From Escherichia phage A4, in the sequence record ON286972: DNA of 64,000 nt. The stretch is one strand, 5' to 3'. Positions 1 through 11,050 of the stretch are shown one piece after another (the first letter of the stretch is position 1; the number at the start of each line of letters is the position of its first letter). Under the pieces are notes generated by a model. The model worked only from the letters and a program-made list of their open reading frames with translations, ran no database searches and was not told where the DNA came from. Both the position numbers and the translations under genes were made by a program.

Positions 1-2
1 AG

Positions 3-239
3 TTGTTGGATGTTGAAATTGCATCATATACTGTCACAAATCAATACGTTATCGAAGATGAACTTCGCAACAAATTTGATATAACACTGTACAGTACTGA
101 AGAAGAGTTGTTTCAGTTAAGTACTATCAGTGATGTGTGCACAACTGTCGAAGAGTTAGCAGACGTTAAGAAAATTATTGACACTGTGTACAACAAGATA
201 TACAATACATTCCATATCGAGAAACAATTGAAAGGGTAA
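3..239 (+). CDS. hypothetical protein, EE-x-Y-F-Q motif family (probably 5'-truncated at window edge)
   Basis: ORF runs from window start; C-terminal TEEELFQLS motif shared with many paralogs. Confidence 0.5.
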   Translation: MLDVEIASYTVTNQYVIEDELRNKFDITLYSTEEELFQLSTISDVCTTVEELADVKKIIDTVYNKIYNTFHIEKQLKG

Positions 240-243
240 CACA

Positions 244-504
244 GTGACTACAGTAGTTCGTAAACGCCACATGATGAACATGGATGAATTCCGTACATTT
301 GACAAATATCGCACTATGTTTCGTATGCTGACACAGGGGCGACCAATTGTCATTGTAACAGAAAATTACATGTCACCGGAAATCATGTTTGGTAATTATG
401 AAAAGGTTTTCATGTTGTATGTGAAGCGTGGATTATTAACTATCAAGACCTTAGCAGAAGCAACTGATGAAGACATGGATGGTGATAACACATTCACTAT
501 GTGA
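244..504 (+). CDS. hypothetical protein
   Basis: ORF (GTG start in track) in same-strand gene train. Confidence 0.4.
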   Translation: MTTVVRKRHMMNMDEFRTFDKYRTMFRMLTQGRPIVIVTENYMSPEIMFGNYEKVFMLYVKRGLLTIKTLAEATDEDMDGDNTFTM

Positions 505-580
505 GGAACTATGAGCGAAAAACCAAAAGAACCATTAGACCGTGATGATGATTACTACGACGAACGTTATGGTGATAAAG

Positions 581-832
581 ATGAGTGAACATAGTGCAGT
601 ACTAAAAAAGATTTTAAATGATATGGGTAGTGAATTTGAAGTTTCAGACGAAGAATATGAATTTTGGAAAAAGGATTTTGAACAACTGTCCGAGAGTGAT
701 AAAGTGTTCAATATGATTGGTGTGGTCAGTCAGTACATATTAGGCGGTGGTCGTGCTAGTGCTTCAATCCTTGCATCGGCAATCATCTGTACTGCCCGAT
801 GGTGTCAAGAAAAAAGTATTGACGATTTCTAA
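581..832 (+). CDS. hypothetical protein
   Basis: ORF 542..832 trimmed to in-frame ATG (MSEHSAVLKK); start uncertain. Confidence 0.4.
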   Translation: MSEHSAVLKKILNDMGSEFEVSDEEYEFWKKDFEQLSESDKVFNMIGVVSQYILGGGRASASILASAIICTARWCQEKSIDDF

Positions 833-890
833 ATTAGGAGATATAATGTTTGTATCAGAGAGAAAGAATGTATAAGGAATTATATTTTGC

Positions 891-919
891 TTGACAATGG
901 AGCAATAATATTATACAAT
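891..919 (+). promoter_or_regulatory. sigma70-type promoter (TTGACA-N17-TACAAT)
   Basis: -35/-10 hexamers with 17-nt spacer about 200 nt upstream of methyltransferase gene. Confidence 0.4.
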
Positions 920-1066
920 TAATCAATCTTATACAACGAGGAAACTCCAATTGAAATATGTAATGATCCTTATCCCAGTGGGGTCATTCCATGAAATTCT
1001 ACCTACTGATGTACTGGATGGTCTTAAAAAGAGAAATCCACATAAGTTTTAAATAGTATTAAAAAG

Positions 1067-1094
1067 GACAATACTGGGCGAATATTCGTCCAGT
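1067..1094. promoter_or_regulatory. 28-bp near-perfect palindrome AATACTGGGCGAATATTCGTCCAGTATT (operator or leader hairpin)
   Basis: dyad symmetry followed by T-rich run, immediately upstream of the methyltransferase SD. Confidence 0.4.
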
Positions 1095-1118
1095 ATTTTA
1101 TTTTATAAAGGATTATAG

Positions 1119-3017
1119 ATGGAACCGATACGTGTACTATCACTATTCAATGGGATGAGTGTTGGGTATATGGCCTTGCAAAGTGCAGGAATACCAGTTG
1201 AAAAGTACTACTCATCTGAAATTGATAAATTTGCTATAGCTGAATCCCAGGCTAACTTTCCTGATATCATCCAATTGGGTGATGTAACTAGATGGAAAGA
1301 ATGGGATATCGAATGGGACAAGATAGATCTTCTGATGGGTGGTTTTCCTTGCTTCCCAGCAGGAACCATGATCATGACAAATGAAGGTCATAAAGATATA
1401 AAAGATATAAAAATTGGTGATATGGTTCTTACACACACTGGACAATACCAAAAAGTATTGAGTATTGGTAGCAAGATTGCACCAACAAGAATCATCACAG
1501 GTCAGGGACATATACCAATTGAATGCACTGATAATCATCCATTTTATGCGAGAAAAATGAGCAAGAAGTGGGATAATGAAAAACGACAATATGTTCGTGA
1601 ATATACAGAACCTACATGGATCGATGCACATGAACTCACAGAAGAACATGCTATATGTAATGTTCGTTGTAATGTGAATTTTCAACATAACAAGAGTGAA
1701 AGCTTTTGGTATTTCATGGGTAGATTTATGGGTGATGGATGGACTTACAAAGTAAAACGACAAAATAGAAAAAATAGTTATCAATATCGTGTTTTTATTT
1801 GCTGTGCTCATGATGAATTTGATGAATTGGTTTCATGTTTTGATGGTATGAATATGAAATATAATTTTGTTAAAGAAAGAACATCTTATAAATTCTATAT
1901 TTGTTCAAAAGAACTAGTTGAATTTTGTGAACAAATGGGTAAGGGTGCTTCAAATAAACAAGTACACCCCACACTTTTCACTGAAAGTATCGCTAATCAG
2001 AAAGCATTCATTGATGGTTATTTTGACGCAGATGGTCACCATGACAAGAAAGATGATTGTTTAAAATTTACATCAACATCAAAGAATGTTATTCTTGGTA
2101 TACAACAACTAATTATGAATGTGTATGGTCGTCATTCTAACATAACATACTTTAAACCGTCTGAAACAAAAGTTATAGAAGAACGTGTTGTTAATCAGAA
2201 GCCGTATTACGTATTAACATACAAAAAAGAAAAGCACCGAAAAGATGAAGCATTCTATGATGATGGGTCATATTCATGGGTAAAAGGTGTTAAATCGAAC
2301 ACCACAACCGGAGAATGGAAAACCGTTTACAATATTGAAGTTGCAGTAGATAACACATATACGGCGAACAATATTGTAGTTCATAACTGCCAAGCGTGGT
2401 CAGTTGCTGGGAAACAAGGCGGTGTGAATGATCCTCGTGGTATGTTATTCCATACAATGGTTGATATTTACCAGCACATAAAAAGTCTCAATCCTAACTT
2501 GAAAGTTCTTTTTGAGAATGTTAAGATGAAGGAAGATTTCAAGGATTATATCAATGGCGTGTTGGAAATGACACCAATTTTGATAAATTCACAAAATTAT
2601 ACAGCACATTATCGCCAACGTTACTACTGGTATAGCTCGGATAAGTTGTTTATTCCAAAACCTCTTATTTTAGCACCAAAATTACAAGATATACTAACTG
2701 GTAATTGGTATACTGATCGTGATAAATCATATTGCATTGACGCAAACTACTTCAAGGGTGGAGATCCGAATCAGTACTTCAATAAGTCAAGAAGACAAAT
2801 CGTTTTCAAAGACCCTGATATCAACAGGAACTTCCTGATTGAGAAGGGTAAACGAAATGTGGACTATCGTCATTTAACAGTACAAGAGTGTTGCATGTTG
2901 CAAGGAATTGATGTAAACTACTTCAAAGTTAGTAGTTCAACACAAGCGTACAAAATGCTTGGTAATGGCTGGACAGCACCTGTTATAGAACATTTACTAC
3001 GTGATATATTCTTTTAA
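1119..3017 (+). CDS. DNA (cytosine-5)-methyltransferase precursor interrupted by an intein
   Basis: N-extein ends ...LLMGGFP, C-extein starts CQAWSVAG (together motif IV GGFPCQ); ENV, RHLTVQECCMLQG and GNGW motifs in C-extein; SD AAGGA upstream. Confidence 0.85.
   Translation: MEPIRVLSLFNGMSVGYMALQSAGIPVEKYYSSEIDKFAIAESQANFPDIIQLGDVTRWKEWDIEWDKIDLLMGGFPCFPAGTMIMTNEGHKDIKDIKIGDMVLTHTGQYQKVLSIGSKIAPTRIITGQGHIPIECTDNHPFYARKMSKKWDNEKRQYVREYTEPTWIDAHELTEEHAICNVRCNVNFQHNKSESFWYFMGRFMGDGWTYKVKRQNRKNSYQYRVFICCAHDEFDELVSCFDGMNMKYNFVKERTSYKFYICSKELVEFCEQMGKGASNKQVHPTLFTESIANQKAFIDGYFDADGHHDKKDDCLKFTSTSKNVILGIQQLIMNVYGRHSNITYFKPSETKVIEERVVNQKPYYVLTYKKEKHRKDEAFYDDGSYSWVKGVKSNTTTGEWKTVYNIEVAVDNTYTANNIVVHNCQAWSVAGKQGGVNDPRGMLFHTMVDIYQHIKSLNPNLKVLFENVKMKEDFKDYINGVLEMTPILINSQNYTAHYRQRYYWYSSDKLFIPKPLILAPKLQDILTGNWYTDRDKSYCIDANYFKGGDPNQYFNKSRRQIVFKDPDINRNFLIEKGKRNVDYRHLTVQECCMLQGIDVNYFKVSSSTQAYKMLGNGWTAPVIEHLLRDIFF
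1350..2387 (+). mobile_element. intein (346 aa) with LAGLIDADG homing-endonuclease domain
   Basis: starts CFPAGTMIM, TDNHPF (block B), two LAGLIDADG-like motifs (FMGRFMGDGW, FIDGYFDADGH), ends NNIVVHN followed by Cys +1. Confidence 0.8.
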
Positions 3018-3032
3018 CCATCAGAGGCACAA

Positions 3033-4417
<1,385 letters not shown>

Positions 4418-4421
<4 letters not shown>

Positions 4422-4861
4422 CAGTACTGCACCAATTAAAGAAAGTTAAACATCCGGTAGTTTATAATGATTGGCTACGCCAGAAGGAGATGGGGGACTT
4501 TTACTACCCAAAGTCTAAAGTACTGGCAACGTCAAAAACTATATACCTGAAATATAACGATGAAGATTGTTTGTGTATTCAAATGGGATTCCATCCTAAA
4601 GTTGGATTGTTTACATCAAATCAAACATTTTATAAATTTAGAATTCAAAAAGATACATTTAGTATTCACATTGAAAAGCATGACGTAGAAGATACAATAT
4701 ATCGTGTGGAAAGTGAGCCTTTGAATCTTGTTGGGATTCCGTACAATAATTTAGAAGAAATGTACTTTCAGCAGTTGACAATACAAGAAGACTTTGGTAT
4801 GATAGGACTTCAAGAGTTAGAGATGATTAAACAAATTCGTGATATCTACTTTAAGGAGTAA
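4418..4861 (+). CDS. hypothetical protein, EE-x-Y-F-Q family (EEMYFQQ)
   Basis: track ORF starts with TTG; ATG at 4418 overlaps upstream stop (ATGA). Confidence 0.55.
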
Positions 4862-4862
4862 T

Positions 4863-5006
4863 TATGCCAGTGCGTAACAGTACATCACGCTTTACACTTC
4901 AACAGAAAGCAGATCTTCTGAATATGGCTAATAAAGATTCTAATTTTTACTATCTAGTACTTGGTGGTTCAGTTGAAAAGATTGATCTACGCGAGTGTAT
5001 GAAATA
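4863..5006 (+). CDS. small hypothetical protein (about 47 aa)
   Basis: short ORF with AAGGAG SD, not in track (<60 aa); coordinates approximate. Confidence 0.4.
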
Positions 5007-5019
5007 ATAAGGGGACAAA

Positions 5020-5190
5020 ATGAGTCTGAGTGAATCCTGGAAACAGTTCAAAGAAGAGATTGGTTATCGTGGTGTATCGAGTGAACCAATCAATCGTACT
5101 GAAAGCATTAAGGCCAGTACTAACGGTACTACCTATGACCGATATGACCCACGTTACGGGTTACATGAAGAAGTCAAAAAAGAAGATTGA
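5020..5190 (+). CDS. small hypothetical protein (about 56 aa)
   Basis: short ORF with AAGGGG SD; preferred over overlapping track ORF 5030..5230; coordinates approximate. Confidence 0.35.
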   Translation: MSLSESWKQFKEEIGYRGVSSEPINRTESIKASTNGTTYDRYDPRYGLHEEVKKED

Positions 5191-5253
5191 CAATATATCG
5201 AGAGTGTGTGATAATACTCTCGTCTTTTAATTAAACAAAAAGGTAAAATAAAA

Positions 5254-5820
5254 ATGGCTGGATGTGAAAAGATTTGTGAATACAGTGATGAATATGTTGG
5301 ACATGAAATGTATCACCATAAACGCAATCATATTCAAGTACTATCTAAGCACAGAAAACATTTCCGTGGTAAAGAGGCAACTCTTTTTGTTTTTGAAAAT
5401 GGTTTGAAAGAAGTTTGGAAATCAGGTGGTCAATCCGACGCATCATTGGAATGTGTGAATCCCAATCCAACAGAAGAGAATTGGGATAATTATGAATACT
5501 TCCGCATGTTTAAACGTACACCGTGGGGTAAATCCGAATGCTATGCTGTGTTTTTTGAAAACCTCGATGAATACAAAGCTGCACTGAAACAGTTCCAGCA
5601 ACGACTGGTAATGGAATATGCATATTACCTGTACGTACCAGATGTACCAGGTAAAGTCGGTGGTATGTATCTTAACTTCTCAACTGATCTGAGTGCAGTT
5701 AAGCGTCGTTTGCGTCGTCTGGTAGGAACACGCAATCTTAAAATCAAATACATGAAAGGTGATTTCTGCGATTTCTATAATGAACAGAAATTGATTAGAA
5801 TCGGTTCAGAGGACATGTAA
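5254..5820 (+). CDS. hypothetical protein
   Basis: ATG ORF with AAAGG SD. Confidence 0.6.
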   Translation: MAGCEKICEYSDEYVGHEMYHHKRNHIQVLSKHRKHFRGKEATLFVFENGLKEVWKSGGQSDASLECVNPNPTEENWDNYEYFRMFKRTPWGKSECYAVFFENLDEYKAALKQFQQRLVMEYAYYLYVPDVPGKVGGMYLNFSTDLSAVKRRLRRLVGTRNLKIKYMKGDFCDFYNEQKLIRIGSEDM

Positions 5821-6074
5821 TGGAACATCTTAAAACTATATGGGAACAAGTGAAAATCATCGTTGAAGGTGTTGTATTCGCTCTTATGACCTTAATCACA
5901 ATTGTAGTTGCTTTGATTCCATCCATCATTTATCAATATAATGGTGGAACTAACACTGATATTGACTTAGCATTGCGTATATTAGGTTTTGTGATTTGGT
6001 TACTATTTGTTGTTTGGGTGATGAACCGCAAAAGTCCATATGAGCAAGATGAGAAATCGGATAATGAGTATTGA
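5820..6074 (+). CDS. small membrane protein
   Basis: ATG overlapping upstream stop (TAATG); two hydrophobic segments. Confidence 0.55.
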   Translation: MEHLKTIWEQVKIIVEGVVFALMTLITIVVALIPSIIYQYNGGTNTDIDLALRILGFVIWLLFVVWVMNRKSPYEQDEKSDNEY

Positions 6075-6858
6075 AAAGATATTAAAAGATAACTTAACAA
6101 AGTACTTGATGAATTGCGACCGTGATGTACGCCGTAAATTTAACGGGTACTTAAAACGTTATCCTTACATCATGTTTTGTCCTATTAAAATTAATAACGA
6201 GGAAGAACACGATTGTCTTCACATTGGATTCACAAATCGTGTACTGAAAAAAAGTGAATTGTCTGAATCGGACGTATGGATTGAAACAGATGCACATGAG
6301 ACTAATGTTTTCTATCTGTATACTCCATATGCAGAGATTGTACATAACATATGTGATGCTGTATTCATTAGTACTGATGAGTTTCCAAAACTTTATATAA
6401 AGCCAGCACCACTTAAAGTTGCTATCAATGCACCATCTGTCGGGGAGGATGTATTTGGTACAATACAGTACTGTGTAGAAGAACATTTGGATCGTGAGAT
6501 TTCAATTGAAATGGCAGACATGCTTGCTGATGCTGTATCTGAATGTACGGCCCTTGAAAGTTACCTTATATATGATAAATCGTATTATAATTTGAATAAC
6601 ATTGTTGAAGGTGAAATCACAGTATGTATCAAATACAACAGTGAAGTTATTGGGTTTGTTCATTGTAAAGGGCATGATTTGTACCGTAAAAACATATCAG
6701 TGGTTGATCTACAGAAATGGAATCAGGTGATGGATTTAATCATTGACAACAGCGGTGTAAATGATATACTCGTTAAACAATATAGAGTAATCAACCCTAA
6801 AGATGACTGTGATTTGTACTTCCCAGTACAAGGTGTAACTGACGAGGATAAGCGATGA
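6064..6858 (+). CDS. hypothetical protein
   Basis: track ORF 6040..6858; start placed at in-frame ATG 6064 (6040 also possible). Confidence 0.5.
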   Translation: MSIEKILKDNLTKYLMNCDRDVRRKFNGYLKRYPYIMFCPIKINNEEEHDCLHIGFTNRVLKKSELSESDVWIETDAHETNVFYLYTPYAEIVHNICDAVFISTDEFPKLYIKPAPLKVAINAPSVGEDVFGTIQYCVEEHLDREISIEMADMLADAVSECTALESYLIYDKSYYNLNNIVEGEITVCIKYNSEVIGFVHCKGHDLYRKNISVVDLQKWNQVMDLIIDNSGVNDILVKQYRVINPKDDCDLYFPVQGVTDEDKR

Positions 6859-7118
6859 AAATTTTAGAATACGTATATGGCAGTGAACATCAAAGCACTC
6901 TTTATGTTGGTAATGAATTCAGTCCAGACCCTCTGGATATGTTACAACGCATTCAAGGGTTGAAGAAAGATATCAGTACTAAGGAACCGTTTGTTAAGCG
7001 TGTTGACGTTCAATCACGCAATCCAGAAGAATATATTACCACAGATGCTGATATTAAAAAACTTCTTGCAAAGAATGGTTATGTTGAGTATAATCCTCAC
7101 ATCGTCAATCTTCAATAA
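6855..7118 (+). CDS. hypothetical protein
   Basis: ATG with GAGGA SD, ATGA overlap with upstream stop. Confidence 0.5.
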   Translation: MKILEYVYGSEHQSTLYVGNEFSPDPLDMLQRIQGLKKDISTKEPFVKRVDVQSRNPEEYITTDADIKKLLAKNGYVEYNPHIVNLQ

Positions 7119-7128
7119 GGGAAAGCGA

Positions 7129-7404
7129 ATGACCGAATCAACAGAAGTACTGAAAGAACGCCTATCTAAACTCCGTGAAGAACGCCGCATTGTTCGTCTG
7201 GATTGGGATATTCTTAACCGCAAGGATGAACAATCCTATGCCAACTGGAGTTCAGATAAAGTTCGTAACGAACGTTCTAAAGAAGATGCTAAACAATTTT
7301 CAGCACTGTCCAAGCGTCTATCATGTCTGAATAGTGAGATTACTGGAATTCAAAAAGAAATCACTGAGCGTTTACTATCTGAACTGAGATCAATGTATGA
7401 ATAA
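7129..7404 (+). CDS. hypothetical charged/coiled-coil protein
   Basis: track ORF 6991..7404 trimmed to ATG after upstream stop, SD AGGGAAAG. Confidence 0.5.
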   Translation: MTESTEVLKERLSKLREERRIVRLDWDILNRKDEQSYANWSSDKVRNERSKEDAKQFSALSKRLSCLNSEITGIQKEITERLLSELRSMYE

Positions 7405-7693
7405 ACATGAAGTTCTAGTTTTTGATAATAAGTTCTATGTACCAACATGTGGAAGTACTGAATCATATTATCTAATTAATAATATCATGTCAGCAACCCA
7501 AACGTGTTGCCGTCAACGTCCAGGTGAGTACGAGTTCAGCCAGACTATCGGGTATTACCGTTATACTGAGTTGGAAAGTTTCACAATTGATTCTAAAAAA
7601 GTTATTGACGTTCTTATCAGTAACGGTTACAATGAACAAGAATCAAATAACACTGATTTACCTGTAGTTGAGATTGTTCTAAAAAATTCTTAA
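7397..7693 (+). CDS. hypothetical protein
   Basis: ATG ORF overlapping upstream stop. Confidence 0.5.
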   Translation: MNKHEVLVFDNKFYVPTCGSTESYYLINNIMSATQTCCRQRPGEYEFSQTIGYYRYTELESFTIDSKKVIDVLISNGYNEQESNNTDLPVVEIVLKNS

Positions 7694-7812
7694 GAAGTTG
7701 TGGAACAATTTCGAATCCAATGATATAATGTTTTCATCGGCAGATGTTAAAATGCAAATCACTTCCTCAATGATTGAGGGTTCTATAAAAAAGAAATAAA
7801 AGGGTATTAACA

Positions 7813-8022
7813 ATGGCACAAGAAATTAAAGCACAAGTACTAGACGTAACTGATTTTGACCGCACTGTAAACTACATTCAGTTCCAAATTCACCAAGCGG
7901 AAGAAGCACTTGCTCAATTCCACGGTACTGGTGCTAAGCCAATCATGTTCGCTCATCTCATCACTTGGAAGAAAAATCTCCAAGAAGAACTACACGAACT
8001 GCGTAAAGCAAATCGTAAGTAA
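7813..8022 (+). CDS. hypothetical protein
   Basis: ATG ORF, SD-like AAAGGG, extended -10 (TGATATAAT) upstream, terminator downstream. Confidence 0.55.
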   Translation: MAQEIKAQVLDVTDFDRTVNYIQFQIHQAEEALAQFHGTGAKPIMFAHLITWKKNLQEELHELRKANRK

Positions 8023-8028
8023 TTAGGG

Positions 8029-8058
8029 TTTATGCCCTGTCCATATGGATGGGGCTTT
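8029..8058 (+). terminator. rho-independent terminator
   Basis: GC-rich hairpin around CCATATGG followed by CTTTTT. Confidence 0.5.
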
Positions 8059-8087
8059 TTAATCAAAAGTATAGAGGAAAAAAGAAA

Positions 8088-8627
8088 ATGGGTGTAGAAT
8101 ATTATTTTTTATTTGGATGCCTTAGTGTTCTGGTGTTGATAACAGTAGGATTAATTATTAATACATGCATAAGTGGTTCTAAATATTTTCGTTCTTTCCA
8201 GTTTCTTATGTCAGCTATGTCATATAATAAAGAAGCTGATACAGCCATTAATCTATTACTAGATAAGACTGAAGCTGGAATACTTATTGCGAAATTATCA
8301 CCATCTGATGACACGATTATGTTTGTCAATCCAAACGATGAAGAAACAACACTTGTAGCAAATCAATATCGCACTAGTCATGCAGATCCACGTTATGTTA
8401 AAGTTCTTAATTCAGAAGGTGAAATCTGGATTGGTTCTAAATACTATGCTTATGGATACATCCATCGTTACTACGGTCAACGAAAGGAAGAATTTTATAA
8501 GAAACGTCCAAGTTTAAATACATTTAAACGTATTCTAAAACTTGAACACGAGTTAAAGAAACCAAGTTCAGAAAACGCAGCACCAAATCATGTGCATAAG
8601 CGTGATAGTGATATCGTGGAGTTATAA
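8088..8627 (+). CDS. membrane-anchored hypothetical protein
   Basis: track ORF 8049..8627 trimmed to ATG after AGAGGA SD; N-terminal hydrophobic helix. Confidence 0.55.
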   Translation: MGVEYYFLFGCLSVLVLITVGLIINTCISGSKYFRSFQFLMSAMSYNKEADTAINLLLDKTEAGILIAKLSPSDDTIMFVNPNDEETTLVANQYRTSHADPRYVKVLNSEGEIWIGSKYYAYGYIHRYYGQRKEEFYKKRPSLNTFKRILKLEHELKKPSSENAAPNHVHKRDSDIVEL

Positions 8628-8923
8628 TGTCACCAGATGAAGCAAGTAAAGTCCTCGTTGAAGTTCAAAATCGACTTCTACACGTAATGGACGCAGTAAA
8701 AGATTTACCACAAGGATATCAGTATAAGGTTCGCGAAATGCTTTCTTGTGCTGAAACCGTAGTCTCGATGTATTGTGATGTTCAACACGGAATTATCCCT
8801 GAAGTTCTGAAGAAAGATGTAACAGAAGAACGAGAAATCCCTGAAGAAGTTCAGGTAACACAAGTTGTTAAACAAAAAACAATCCTTGATATTAGTGATA
8901 TCAATCTAGACTTAGGAGATTAA
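8627..8923 (+). CDS. hypothetical protein
   Basis: ATG ORF, SD GGAG. Confidence 0.5.
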   Translation: MSPDEASKVLVEVQNRLLHVMDAVKDLPQGYQYKVREMLSCAETVVSMYCDVQHGIIPEVLKKDVTEEREIPEEVQVTQVVKQKTILDISDINLDLGD

Positions 8924-8926
8924 AAA

Positions 8927-9069
8927 TGAGTTCACAGAAAGTTGATTTGGTTTTAAAACTCCAAGAGATTCAAGCACTTGCAAAAAATCTCGATGAAAAA
9001 AGTACTAAAATGGTAGACGACCTCTGTGCATCTATTTTAGTAGTGTTTGCTGAAGCAGAAAAGAAATAA
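8927..9069 (+). CDS. small hypothetical protein (about 47 aa)
   Basis: short ORF with AGGAG SD followed by terminator; coordinates approximate. Confidence 0.4.
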
Positions 9070-9080
9070 AATATATTACC

Positions 9081-9107
9081 CAGTACTTAGATACTGGGTA
9101 TTTTTTT
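9081..9107 (+). terminator. rho-independent terminator
   Basis: hairpin CCCAGTACT-TAG-ATACTGGG followed by TATTTTTTT. Confidence 0.6.
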
Positions 9108-9118
9108 AAGGAAAATTC

Positions 9119-9511
9119 ATGACTGATACTGACTTACAAAAACTCATTGATTACATCTATGAAATGGTTCAAGATAAAAACAATATAAATTACATAGCTT
9201 CCGGCTCAAAACCAATTGGAAATGTAATGACATATTCTTTGTCTTTGTGGTTACATCAGTACTATAAGGTTGATTGTGTGTATTATCGCCCAGATATCAA
9301 TGCATTTTATTTTGTGAACCCAGCAGTATTGTTTGACCGAACAAAGAAGCTTCCAGATGATGAATCATTTATACCTAGTCCATTCTATGTATCCGAATCA
9401 GACGAAGACGAGTTCCAAAAAAATACTTCTTTAGAGCGTGATGCGGGATGTATCCCTTATAAACTCAAAGATAAAATTGATTTCATTGTAGAAGTTATGA
9501 AAACATGTTGA
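9119..9511 (+). CDS. hypothetical protein (DEDEFQK variant motif)
   Basis: ATG ORF with AAGGA SD. Confidence 0.55.
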   Translation: MTDTDLQKLIDYIYEMVQDKNNINYIASGSKPIGNVMTYSLSLWLHQYYKVDCVYYRPDINAFYFVNPAVLFDRTKKLPDDESFIPSPFYVSESDEDEFQKNTSLERDAGCIPYKLKDKIDFIVEVMKTC

Positions 9512-9537
9512 TAAGTACAGTGAAACTCTGATATAAT
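9508..9537 (+). promoter_or_regulatory. sigma70-type promoter (TTGATA-N18-TATAAT)
   Basis: hexamers upstream of gene 9562. Confidence 0.4.
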
Positions 9538-9561
9538 ACTATGACTTACTAAGGAGAACAT

Positions 9562-10131
9562 ATGAACTTTATTAAATTCAACACATATGAGTCAGAAGCA
9601 TACTTTAATACAAATAATAAATTTAATATTATTCTTAAAGACGGAACGGTTGTTATCGGAGTATCATTGCTTTCATTTGATGGCGAAAAACTCAAAACTG
9701 TTTATAAATTCACCAATCTTGATGGTGATTACTGGGATACGTCAGATGTATCTAAAATTTGCACACATTATGTATTTGAATCTATTGAAGTTGGTGATGG
9801 CTGGGCATTGACCTGTAATGGTAATAAAGTATTTTCTGGTAACATATTTGGAGTAATTTCCAGTAAAGAAATCGTAGACCATCATCTTCATGTTCTCAAT
9901 AATAACGCCAACACTTATACACCTGATAATATCAAAATTCACGATATTGTAACATACACTGATTATAATGGTTTCAGACATAAAGCAATCGTAACTGAAG
10001 TTAAAAAACCAAAAAATTATTTCGACCACGGTTTAATTGAAGTATATATGGTAGGTGGCGAAAAACAATACTTTGATCATTTCACTTATACTGGTTGGGA
10101 TAGATTCCTAACCGTTATTGAGGAATACTAA
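9562..10131 (+). CDS. hypothetical protein
   Basis: ATG ORF with AAGGAG SD. Confidence 0.6.
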   Translation: MNFIKFNTYESEAYFNTNNKFNIILKDGTVVIGVSLLSFDGEKLKTVYKFTNLDGDYWDTSDVSKICTHYVFESIEVGDGWALTCNGNKVFSGNIFGVISSKEIVDHHLHVLNNNANTYTPDNIKIHDIVTYTDYNGFRHKAIVTEVKKPKNYFDHGLIEVYMVGGEKQYFDHFTYTGWDRFLTVIEEY

Positions 10132-10132
10132 C

Positions 10133-10609
10133 ATGCCGATTCGTGGTGTGCCAGAACCATTAAGTGAAGTTCTTAAGAATGTCAATGTTGGAACACGAGA
10201 AGTTAATCAGCGACGTGGTAATATATATTACTTTAAAACTACAGGAATGAGTTCTATACAGGTTGTTATTGGCACATCTATTACGGTCACGCGTGTTCTT
10301 GATGGTAGTACTGACTTCGTTGGATACAATGTACTTACTAATAAAGTAACACATACATATAAATGGAGTGGTTATAAAACCATCACATATGAGTTTGACT
10401 TAGCTAGAACTGAAGAAGAACGATTTATGTTGAGTACTATTAATCCAGCAAACTATCCTGACCTTGATGCATTTTTGCTAATTTTAAAATTGTATAATGA
10501 AGCAAATGAGAAAGCTAAAGAGTATGATAGAATCATGTATGAACGTAGAAAAGAACGTTCTCAAAAAAGTTATGATCTGTATGAAAGTTACATTCATAGA
10601 TCCAAATGA
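10133..10609 (+). CDS. hypothetical protein
   Basis: track ORF starts TTG; ATG at 10133 after GAGGAA SD. Confidence 0.5.
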   Translation: MPIRGVPEPLSEVLKNVNVGTREVNQRRGNIYYFKTTGMSSIQVVIGTSITVTRVLDGSTDFVGYNVLTNKVTHTYKWSGYKTITYEFDLARTEEERFMLSTINPANYPDLDAFLLILKLYNEANEKAKEYDRIMYERRKERSQKSYDLYESYIHRSK

Positions 10610-10647
10610 AATAAATAGTTACCTATAGATTAATCTAAGGAGTAACT

Positions 10648-10998
10648 ATGTTTAAAAGTAATCTTAAAGTAGAATTAATTAATAACGAAGGTCAACGTTG
10701 GAAAGTTCTAGAAGATCTAGAATACGAGTATAACGGTATTAAAATTGTTGTTCCCGCAGGTTTCAAAACTGATTTTGCAAGCGTCCCACGTATTCGTGGT
10801 ATATTTGAACTAGTCGGTAATATGGGTCACGCCGCAGCAACAATACATGACTACTTGTATAGTACTGGTATGCTATCCCGTAAAGATAGTGATAAGGTGC
10901 TACTACAGGCTCTACGTGCTACTGAAGTTGGTAAGCCACGTAGTATGATTATGTATGCTGGTGTTCGTGTATTCGGTTGGTTGTTTTACAAAAAATAA
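10648..10998 (+). CDS. conserved phage protein with GFKTDFASVP motif (resembles DUF1353-type proteins; from memory)
   Basis: ATG ORF, SD AAGGAG; motif recalled from memory, not searched. Confidence 0.5.
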   Translation: MFKSNLKVELINNEGQRWKVLEDLEYEYNGIKIVVPAGFKTDFASVPRIRGIFELVGNMGHAAATIHDYLYSTGMLSRKDSDKVLLQALRATEVGKPRSMIMYAGVRVFGWLFYKK

Positions 10999-11007
10999 AA
11001 CTATTTA

Positions 11008-11037
11008 TGAGTACTGCTTGCAGTACTCATATTTTTA
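11008..11037 (+). terminator. rho-independent terminator
   Basis: hairpin TGAGTACTG-CTTG-CAGTACTCA followed by TATTTTT. Confidence 0.55.
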
Positions 11038-11050
11038 CTCCGAGGTACAT

